A stretch of 64,000 nucleotides of DNA, from positions 1,588,771-1,652,770 of the forward strand of contig OZ242187.1 of the NCBI GenBank assembly GCA_965205465.1, given 5' to 3'. Below the pieces are notes generated by a model. It had not been told where the DNA came from. It saw only the letters and a program-made list of their open reading frames with translations, and did no database searches. Positions 58,701 through 64,000 of the stretch are shown piece after piece (within the stretch, counting starts at the first letter, position 1; each line of letters opens with the position of its first letter). The stretch is from Candidatus Aldehydirespiratoraceae bacterium (GTDB lineage: Bacteria > Actinomycetota > Acidimicrobiia > Acidimicrobiales > Aldehydirespiratoraceae). The position numbers were made by a program, and so were the translations under genes.

Positions 58701-60733
58701 ATCAGCAGGAGTGCCTCGGGCACCGAGTGCGCCTCGGGATTGGTGACCAGATCTTCGCCGATTTGTGTGTTGACGTAGTACCGGCTGAGTCCGCCGAGGT
58801 CGTAGAACGGGTCGAAGCTGACGGCGACGCCGTTGGCCAGCTCGTCTGAGTAGTTGGGATGCACCAGCACGCCCATCGCAGCCGACGGGTGGTCGATGCG
58901 ATGGAAGTCGCGTTCGGTGAAGGCCCGGAAGTTCCAGAGACTGGCGAACACGCCTTTGAGGGATTTGTCGATGCCGTCGTCTGCGGTCTCGTCGGGATCC
59001 TGGGTCTTGGAGTCATACAGTCCTGCGCCGTTGAATCCCGGCAGGTCCTCGTTGTTGGTGCTCGACCGGTACCGCAGCGATGTCCCGGCAGGGAACGTCG
59101 CGTGCATCTCGGTGAGCGCGTCGATGATCCACTGGGGCGAGTCCGCGTCCTTGATGTCGTCGCGCAGGTCGTCGAGCATGTCGTCCTGGACGTCGAAGTC
59201 CGCCTGGAAGTCGGGATCGGCCAGCATCTCGTCGACACGCGCGTGGAACCCGTTGGCCTTCATGAACTCGTCATAGAAGTAGAACGGGATCGCGAACCCC
59301 TCGGGCACCGTCCCCGCCGTGAACCCGAGCCGGCCCAGCTCCGCCACATTGGCGGCCTTGACCCCGAACGCGGTCCAATCCTCGAAGTGCACATCGCTCA
59401 ACGGTGTGACGGACGTGACCGACAGATCCCGCGGCGGTGTCTGCGTCTGCGACGGCCTCGCCGACTCGTAATGCTCGTCGACTTCATCTGGTGTGGCGGC
59501 GCGCAGCGACCATCCGGACTCAGTCACCTCATAGCGCACGAACCCGCCCACGAGGGCCGCAACGTCGGGATCATCGAGCACGTCGCGGACATAAGCGTTA
59601 GGAACGTCGTCCTGGACGGCGCGCAGGTTCACATGCGACAGCGGCGCCTGTCGCACGGTCGTGATGATCCCTGCCACGCGGGGCAGCTCGTTGGGCACGG
59701 CCTCATAGATCACAACCTCGCGAGGATGGGGTCGGCCATCGGGATCCATGACCCGCAGCCGCCCGTACCCCACGCCCGGGTTCAAGAATTCAAGGCGAGC
59801 ATCGGGCGAGAGGTCGTCGTCGAACACGACGTCAATTCGCGACGCTTCATATTGCTGTCGCTGAGTCTCGAACCAGTCCAGCTTGTAGGCGGGAATGTAG
59901 ACGTACACGTTGTTGTCGAACGCCGACACGCTCGCAGCCATCAACGCATAGAAGCGGTCCATCTCGGTGAAGGTGAGGCGGTCCTGGAACCACAGGTACC
60001 ACGCCCCGAGACTGCCGTCGGGCGCCACCATCCGTGCGTCGTAGTGGAGATTCCCATGGAAGTCGTCCCCTCGCCCGAGACCCGTCGCGTAAAAGAACTC
60101 CGCATGGATCTGGTGAGTGTGGATGTTGATGAAGACAAGGCCCGGGCGTTCGCTGCTGCGGCCAAGCAGTATGAACTTGGAATCCACGACCGCGTGGGTC
60201 AGCGAAGTATTCACCGAGTCACGGAATGGTGCCGTTTGCAGGAACGTCTCCAGGTCCGGTATCGACGCCACGCCGTCGCTGAAGCTGATCAAGGGGGCGG
60301 AATGCACCGGGTTCCTCCCCACAGGATCACCCAGCTCGGTGATGTCGTCGACGCAGTCGCCGTCGACGTCGGCGGGGTCAGAGACTAGAAATTTCTCCAC
60401 GCGGTAGCGCTCCACCGGCAGCGCCTCGACGTTCTCAGCCAGAGTGGTCGTGCCGGCCTCGCCCCGTACCACCGCGACGGGAATCTCCCAGGACTGCGCA
60501 TCGGCATCCGAGCGTGCATACAGCACGAAGTACTCATCGACGGTGGACTCGACCACCACCGGAACGCTGTTGATCGCCACCGGCGTCGCCACCGGGTCAT
60601 AGCCGCCCCCCGGACAGTCCTCGTCTTGTGCCTGCGGCGGAGGACTCCCGGACGCGAACGCCGAAGCCCCCCCGGCGACTACGGCAACAACGGCAACAAC
60701 CAACACCAGCGCCAAACGCCGACTCGACCGCAC
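49778..60733 (-). CDS. Giant secreted protein: phospho-His + ATP-grasp (PPDK_N-like) dikinase module, 25 cadherin-like repeats, FN3, SwmB-like and Ig-like C-terminal domains
   Basis: Signal peptide; PLSHVNLRA; FGVKAAN, RSSTNNEDLPGFNGAGLYDS, EIEFK...KQARP; repeated ATDPE/PDYE.P.D...DNVYEV.V.A.D/VNE.P units. Confidence 0.88.
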   Translation of the reverse strand: MRSSRRLALVLVVAVVAVVAGGASAFASGSPPPQAQDEDCPGGGYDPVATPVAINSVPVVVESTVDEYFVLYARSDADAQSWEIPVAVVRGEAGTTTLAENVEALPVERYRVEKFLVSDPADVDGDCVDDITELGDPVGRNPVHSAPLISFSDGVASIPDLETFLQTAPFRDSVNTSLTHAVVDSKFILLGRSSERPGLVFINIHTHQIHAEFFYATGLGRGDDFHGNLHYDARMVAPDGSLGAWYLWFQDRLTFTEMDRFYALMAASVSAFDNNVYVYIPAYKLDWFETQRQQYEASRIDVVFDDDLSPDARLEFLNPGVGYGRLRVMDPDGRPHPREVVIYEAVPNELPRVAGIITTVRQAPLSHVNLRAVQDDVPNAYVRDVLDDPDVAALVGGFVRYEVTESGWSLRAATPDEVDEHYESARPSQTQTPPRDLSVTSVTPLSDVHFEDWTAFGVKAANVAELGRLGFTAGTVPEGFAIPFYFYDEFMKANGFHARVDEMLADPDFQADFDVQDDMLDDLRDDIKDADSPQWIIDALTEMHATFPAGTSLRYRSSTNNEDLPGFNGAGLYDSKTQDPDETADDGIDKSLKGVFASLWNFRAFTERDFHRIDHPSAAMGVLVHPNYSDELANGVAVSFDPFYDLGGLSRYYVNTQIGEDLVTNPEAHSVPEALLLIPDGGYVVLSTSNQVVPNELLMSDSQITQLTQHLTTIHDHFEALYRPAAGEPFAIEIEFKITAEDILAIKQARPWIFTVTDVNEAPVVTGTTTFTYRENGTSALHTFRATDPERREITWSVSGPDGGDFAVSETGALSFASPPDYESPADSGADNVYEVTVVARDDAFNSASLSVTVTVTDVNEGPEISGQQSLSFVENQVTDRVLASYSATDPEDPGALITRWSLSGTDAGDFAISESGELSFRSVPDYERPADSGRDNVYNFSVRASDGRYYGYLEVAVTVTDVNEAPAVTGTTTFTYRENGTAAVHTFRATDSERREITWSLSGPDGGVFAVSEAGVLSFASPPDYESPADSGADNVYEVAVVARDDAFNSASLSVTVTVTDVNEGPEISGQQSLSFVENQVTDRVLASYSATDPEDPGALISRWSLSGTDAGDFAISESGELSFRSVPDYERPADSGRDNVYNFSVRASDGRYYGYLEVAVTVTDVNEAPVVTGTTTFTYRENGTSAVHTFRATDPEKREITWSLSGPDGGDFAVSETGVLSFASPPDYESPADSGADNVYEVAVVARDDAFNTASLSVTVTVTDVNEGPEISGQSTFTIAENDGLSNAVYTGFDPEGGAVTRWTVGGRDGGDFNITQGGTVYFRNLPDYERPADSNRDNVYEVAVRAYDGRVYGSFDVTVTVTDVNEPPEIGSRSRDSFTQPENRTSRLYTYSATDPERSTVTWSVQGADGRLFTIDERGQFSFDESSPPDFDTPADVGGDNIYNVTIQARDPEFNTASLAVTVTVTEVNEGPVITRRGNAAGSVSENHPTTQVLATYAASDPERPSVRVTGWSTSGTDGGDFVIDAVGELRFRIPPDYERPADANRDNVYELTVRASDGRYTGSLEEVQTVTVTDVNEPPTITTTSRTAFIQQENRASNLYTFRATDPEGGAVAWTAAGTDGSAFTIDERGALSFSDPPDFEDPADAGRDNVYNVTVQARDPEFNIASVDVVVTVGDHNEGVEPTISTRRPPSAFRENVTSAVYTFRASDPQRDLIAWSLRGTDAGAFTLTDTGTLMFRSPPDFENPTDNNRDNEYELEVVAADEHGNSDSLTFTVAVTDHNEGVEPTISTRRPPSAFRENATSAVYTFRASDPQRDLIAWSLRGTDAGAFTFTDTGTLMFRSPPDFENPTDSDRDNEYELEVVAADEHSNSDSLTFTVAVTDVNEGPEIRLEGAATSSVPENHPDTGVLADYTATDPENPNAGIFRWSTSGRDGGDFVISELGELRFRSSPDYERPADSNRDNIYEVTVRASDGRSYGTLEEPLIVTVTEVNEAPVITTKSRTEFTLRENSTSILYTYRATDQDNDDTIMWSVQGTDGEDFAIHNGILTLRLLADFEIPVDADGDNVYEITVVAADQGGLRDIVDAVITVTDQPEGPVIAGRISFTVTENYDIAQELESYTATDAKDSRPVFPQWSVSGRDGGDFVIDRVSGALAFRNTPDYDRPADSDRDNIYEVTIRAHDSRAYGNLNVTVTVTSVNESAPAVTGRTSHAVRENTASAIYTYRASDADLNDTIAWSTGGDDGQLFEMSDRGALSFRAEPDFENPRDTGRDNVYELEVVATDEQGLRGTLEVVVTVTELNEAPVVSGTATFTIDENQDLPNATYTAEDPEATGGVTTNISWRISGRDGGDFAIDRETGVLTFRTPPDYERPADANRDNVYEVTVRAYDGRNYGDFDVVVTVTPVNEPPAVTGRDSLTSRENTPVTTRLYTYRATDPEGDSFTWSLGGDDAGDFEISEQGVLTFAAPPDFDSPRGSGTEPNEYLVTVQARDDQANTGELPVTVTVTDQNEGAMVTGQNAISVEENRDPTIIVAAYSAVDPEGEDITRWSLAGSDANDFTINENGDLTFRSTPDYDRPADSNRDNEYHLTVRAYDGRTYGNLDVTISVRNQNEHAPVIRSGSRTSFTYREEATSAVYTYSATDGDKDDVIVWSTAGPDGNLFEFNDRDGLMFTEAPDYENPQDSGADNEYELNVVATDSGALTASLAVTVTVTEVNEGPEITGITTYSIIEGEDLVGATFTARDPEEPAAAVSSWTLAGSDAGDFTITETGQNSAQLTFRNTPDYDRPADSNRDNEYLVTVRVSDGHYYGSRDVTVTVTDQNEHNPVVSGRDSLSVRENTTSTLYTYSATDMDRGATITWSVSGTDGDDFTISEEGALSFNSNPNYEHPADSNSDNVYELAVVASDGSNEGTLDVTVTITEVNEGPEISGRDTLTVNENHEAVVATYSGTDPEDTSADITRWSVSGRDGGDFTISENGELSFRNPPDFEGPADSDRDNEYEVTVRASDGRVYGTYDISIAVEPVDEAPEFQRSSRTSFTYPENRTSALYTYRATDPEGAVVAWSLSGDDAGDFEIIEDGGVLTFREPPDFDEPADNNEDNEYEVTVVATDQTGHAANMAITVTVTDANEGPELTGRESRTVSENFDDILATYTARDPENPDLEITRWSVTGRDGGDFTINEAGELNFRNPPDFERPADSNRDNEYEVTVRASDGRVYGTLSVTVTVEAVDEAPEFRSGSQDSFAYQENGTSAIYTYRATDPEAGDVTWGLSGTDSSAFSISETGALAFNNPPDYERPTDSGRDNVYLVTIEASDDQFNTARLDLTVTVTNVTDLGAPRNLQVARDENGQLKVSWDAPDSGPPPTGYTIQWKQSNAHWTDQQDVSEAPVTDTDHIVTGLTDGVEYAFRVVASNGHAHSAPSKEATATPSETTPPMFSSAAVDGARLTVTFNEALDSDKTPDKSAFAVTVQHSSRDVHAITVSGSVVTITLVTSVFSGDAVTVQYTAPTDQSATRLQDSAGNAAGPFREQNVSNNTPAADQITATVSAVPESHNGDFIFEIRFSDEVEISYKTLRDHAFTVTGGRVTKARRLAPPSNIGWEIHVTPDTGEAVTIALPVTTDCTATGAICTGDLRPLSNEWEVTVPGPPSQ

Positions 60734-60961
60734 CTGGATACCCCCTCGTAGGCTAAGCAGGCGCCGCCGTCGAACGCCGCCTGCATGAAGTTGCAAAGAC
60801 TCCACAATCGTAGTCGCGACTATTCGACTACCCAACAGACCGCCCGCTCAGAGTCGAGCCCACCGAGGCCGCCCGGGAAGGTGTAACCGAGACCGTCGAG
60901 TGTCTGGCCTGTCTGCGGTTCATACGCGGCCAGATCCGGAGGGATCCGGCACCATAGGGAC

Positions 60962-61735
60962 CTATTCGGGCGTGACGTAGGCGGCGGTCAGGCCTCCGTC
61001 CACTTGTAGGTTGGCTCCGGTCATGTACGACGAGTCGGCCGAGGCCAGGAACAGCGCGGCCGAGGCCATCTCAGTGGCCTCACCGAACCGACCCATGGGC
61101 ACGTGCACCAACCGGCGCTGGCGCTTCTCCTCGGTGTCGAGGTACGACATGAGCATTTCGGTGCGCAACGGCCCCGGCGACAGGGCGTTGACCCGGATGT
61201 TCTCCCTGGCGTGGATCACGGCCAACTCCCGGGTCATCGACAGCACCGCCCCCTTGGAGGCGGTGTAGGCGATCTGCGGGGTGGCCGCGCCCACCGACGC
61301 CACAAACGACGCTGTGTTGATGATCGAGCCGCCGCCCGCCCGACGCATAGCGGGGATCTGATGCCGGCATCCGTACAGCACGCCCTTGAGGTTCACGGCC
61401 AGGGTCTTGTCGATGGTCTCCTCGGACGTGGCGATGGAGTCTGAGTCGTCGGCCAGCATGATCCCGGCGTTGTTGAAAGCAACATCAAGTTGCCCGTAGG
61501 TCTCCTCCGCGGTCTTCACCGCCGAGGCCACCTCGGCATCATCGGACACGTCGGCATGGACCGCGGTGGCCTCGCCCCCGGCTGCTCTGATCAACTCGAC
61601 GGTCTCGTGGTTGGCCGCAACGAAGTCGACCGCAACGATCCGGGCGCCCTCTTCGGCGAAACGTAGCGCGGTGGCCCGTCCGATTCCACCGGCCGTACCG
61701 GTGATAAGCGCCACCTTGGCAAGCAGTACATGCAC
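60962..61735 (-). CDS. Short-chain dehydrogenase/reductase
   Basis: TGTAGGIG, FNNAG, YTASKG, IRVNALSPG, VDGG. Confidence 0.9.
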   Translation of the reverse strand: MHVLLAKVALITGTAGGIGRATALRFAEEGARIVAVDFVAANHETVELIRAAGGEATAVHADVSDDAEVASAVKTAEETYGQLDVAFNNAGIMLADDSDSIATSEETIDKTLAVNLKGVLYGCRHQIPAMRRAGGGSIINTASFVASVGAATPQIAYTASKGAVLSMTRELAVIHARENIRVNALSPGPLRTEMLMSYLDTEEKRQRRLVHVPMGRFGEATEMASAALFLASADSSYMTGANLQVDGGLTAAYVTPE

Positions 61736-61774
61736 TTACGGAAGCAGGCGCTAAAGCGTGCTCGGTGGATAGAT

Positions 61775-61812
61775 GGCGTGACGTAGGCGGCGGTCAGGCC
61801 TTCGTCCACCTG
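61775..61812 (-). repeat. Copy of the SDR 3' end (60969-61006) upstream of the SDR
   Basis: Encodes QVDEGLTAAYVTP vs QVDGGLTAAYVTP. Confidence 0.8.
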
Positions 61813-62095
61813 CGGCGGGCTGAGCGCGTCGTTCCAGGACACCGCCAAGCGGTCGCCGATAACTATGACGTTGGTGGCGTGGGTGCAGTCCATGCCAGCA
61901 CCGGTGCCGGTGTCCCAGTGTCGGGCAGACCAGGTGGTGTCGCCGCCGGCCAGCGTCATCCCCAACAGCGCAGACCGGTGATCTCTCGGGCGAGGTCGGC
62001 GTAGCTGGACTCGGCCTCCACGTCGTCGGCGCGCCAGCCGAGGGGGGCCAGCAGCTTCTTGAGTGACGGGCCTTGGCGATGACCTGTCGAGGCAA

Positions 62096-63049
62096 CTACA
62101 GACCGAGAACCCAATCATCGCCCGGCGACGGCTCAGCCATGCCCGCCGCAAGGTCCATCGTGAACTGCTGGCTGTCGCGGTCATCTTGGATGGCCCTGAT
62201 ATGCGGCATGTGTTGCTGCGCCTCGGCGAGGGCCGCTTTCTTCGTCGTGTGCGCTTCGCCGCTCCAGACGATGCGGCCCGAACACAGCACCACACCAACG
62301 AATCTGCCTTCTTTGACTACCGCATCGACTGTGAAATCTCCAGACGTTGACATCGGGCCAGCCGTGGTTCGCACACAGTTTTGGTCCATGCCATGTCCAA
62401 GTGCGAAAGCTCGCATACCTCCTACGTTACTGGAACAGACCCGCCACGCAAGGTCAACAGGAGTGCGGTCTGATACGTCCATGCAGTCACCAACCCATGT
62501 CAACCATTCGCTGTCATCTGTGACAGGCATCCAACCTGGCGTGCTGCTCGATTTCGTGACTTCGTAACCGTCGTCGGTGAGACGGTACGCGGCTGTTGAC
62601 GGCACGGCGACGGTGGATGTTGTGGGCGTAGGCTCGTCAACCCAATCTTCAACCAAAACCGGTGTCTCAGGCGTGACAGTCGGGTAGGTCGCAACAGGCG
62701 CAACGACAATGCCGGTTATCGACCCGTCTTCGTTGTGGACATGATCGTCTTCGTCGTCGTGAACCACGACTGTGGTGGTGGTTTCAACTGCGGTTATCGA
62801 CCCGTCGTCATTATGGACATGATCGTCTTCGTCGTCGTGAACCTCAACAGTCAGATACGTAGCGACAGGTTCGTCGTGCCCGTCGTCGGTTGTTCCGGTC
62901 GTGTCGTCTGTGGTTGTCGTCTCAGCAACGGTGGTGTCAGGCGAGACAAGCTGTTCGCCTCTCCCGTCGTTGCTGCTGCACGCCGCGGCGAGCACGCAAA
63001 CGACGAAACCGACGAGAACTGTTTGTTTGAGTGTGGAATTGGTCAACAT
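62096..63049 (-). CDS. Lipoprotein with His/Asp-rich repeats and Thr-rich linker
   Basis: Lipobox LAAAC; two VHDDEDDHVHN(D/E)DGSIT repeats; TACGGT -10 before ATG 63049. Confidence 0.75.
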   Translation of the reverse strand: MLTNSTLKQTVLVGFVVCVLAAACSSNDGRGEQLVSPDTTVAETTTTDDTTGTTDDGHDEPVATYLTVEVHDDEDDHVHNDDGSITAVETTTTVVVHDDEDDHVHNEDGSITGIVVAPVATYPTVTPETPVLVEDWVDEPTPTTSTVAVPSTAAYRLTDDGYEVTKSSSTPGWMPVTDDSEWLTWVGDCMDVSDRTPVDLAWRVCSSNVGGMRAFALGHGMDQNCVRTTAGPMSTSGDFTVDAVVKEGRFVGVVLCSGRIVWSGEAHTTKKAALAEAQQHMPHIRAIQDDRDSQQFTMDLAAGMAEPSPGDDWVLGL

Positions 63050-63402
63050 GGCTCGAAACCGTACTACACCGATCTGGGGATCGACGGAGATCGACCACAG
63101 TCTACCTGGTTTTATCTCTTCTACAGATCCTTTCGATCTGGAGAAGAGATAGGTTACGCGCCGGCGCGTCACTGCGACCCGCCCTCCCAAGACGCCGCAT
63201 CGGCTCAACTGTTGCAGTGGGGCTTGTTTGGAGAGGGTGTCCGCGACCACCCCTTGACCTGTTGACCGTCGTTCCAGCGCACCTTGCGGGAGTCTCTACA
63301 TCTCGAAGGGGTAGGTCTCCACCATTTGTGAGCCGTTGACCACAATTGCCTGATGGGGAAATCAACGAAATCTGCTCTTGAAGGCTCGTTACACTGCCAT
63401 CC

Positions 63403-63810
63403 GTGCGAAGCCTTAACTACATAGATGTCATCAACCGAATGTGTGCTGAGTTGGCCGAGGTGAGCGCTGAGGGCAACAAACACTTCGACACATCCTTGCT
63501 TGGGGACCGCCTTCAAGAACTTGCCAAAGAGTCCCCCGATGACCAGGTGTGGCGAGCGCTGTCCTATGCCTGCAACTACCTCACCGGCAGTGACGGACCC
63601 TTCACTTTCGGGCCGTACTCGCCGATGTTCGTGTTGCCTATTGGCGGCGATGAATACAGCGTGTTCCCACCGCCGCTCGAACAGATTGAAACCGATGTGT
63701 TGAACCTTCTAAACGAGCATGAGTTGATTATCGCTGAGTACAACTCGTGGTATGACTATCGGCTATGCATCACCAGGCAAAGGGCCGACGGGCTCAAGCG
63801 AACTCGCTGA
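63403..63810 (+). CDS. Hypothetical protein, possibly truncated
   Basis: ORF only; no motif recognised. Confidence 0.35.
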   Translation: MRSLNYIDVINRMCAELAEVSAEGNKHFDTSLLGDRLQELAKESPDDQVWRALSYACNYLTGSDGPFTFGPYSPMFVLPIGGDEYSVFPPPLEQIETDVLNLLNEHELIIAEYNSWYDYRLCITRQRADGLKRTR

Positions 63811-63866
63811 CACCTACATGACCGCTGGTGGGCGTCCTGAACACTATTTGCCAAGGGCTTAGCCCC

Positions 63867-64000
63867 TCAAGGCAACTTCTCAAGAACTGGGCCGAAGGCT
63901 TGACGCATCCGGCCGAGCGCTTCGATTAGCCATTCACGAGCCTCCGGCCAGCGATCTCGCTCACGCACCCTGATCACTTCCGGGAAGTAGAGCGAAATCC
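63867..64000 (-). CDS. C-terminus of a DUF4268-like protein (runs off the window)
   Basis: ISLYFPEVIRVRERDRWPEAREWLIEALGRMRQAFGPVLEKLP*. Confidence 0.5.
   Translation of the reverse strand, partial: ISLYFPEVIRVRERDRWPEAREWLIEALGRMRQAFGPVLEKLP

Noticed and set aside
55427-58849. 1140-aa plus-strand ORF and similar long antisense ORFs (52061-54010, 58859-60388, 43088-44245, 47108-48406, 39967-41439)
   Set aside because: Shadow frames of high-GC genes on the opposite strand; no recognisable motifs
61813-62095. ORFs between the SDR and the lipoprotein
   Set aside because: Look like a scrambled remnant ending in the duplicated SDR tail; no supportable product
1-64000. tRNA, rRNA, riboswitch or prophage genes
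   Set aside because: None recognised by eye; a covariance-model search would be needed to exclude small RNAs, e.g. in 28900-29260 or 63050-63400

Overview
High-GC actinobacterial DNA, most like Acidimicrobiia: mshC-like ligase, nested lysC beta start and many leaderless TANNNT promoters. The load of cadherin, Calx-beta, FN3, SLH, TPR and ankyrin proteins suggests a host-associated lineage such as a sponge symbiont (inference). Housekeeping/metabolic blocks lie at 1-7.6 kb and 16.6-28.7 kb: lysC, ybdK-like ligase, acyltransferase, esterase, D-aminoacylase, GH3 glucosidase, msrA, SDR, MBL hydrolase, cyclophilin, hydroxybutyryl-CoA dehydrogenase, cysS, mshC-like. There are two accessory regions. 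(1) 7.6-16.6 kb is a cargo/defence island with an N6-MTase, a C5-MTase and a GHKL-ATPase endonuclease split by an IS5 element, punctuated by diverged copies of the flanking core DNA. (2) 28.7-64 kb is a surface-protein island: a ~1-kb tandem array of seven head-neck-stalk-anchor coiled-coil genes with variable heptad number, paired Cys-rich secreted paralogs, an SLH protein, a TMTC-like GT-C/TPR glycosyltransferase, two AAA ATPases behind direct-repeat promoters, two mosaic FN3/Calx-beta proteins, and a ~3650-aa secreted protein with a glucan-water-dikinase-like module on 25 cadherin-like repeats. Best candidates for new biology: the secreted dikinase-cadherin protein with its neighbouring TMTC-like transferase, the coiled-coil cassette array, and the integrase-free accretion architecture marked by short duplicated gene fragments. 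All calls come from motif recognition and by-eye alignment; no searches were run.
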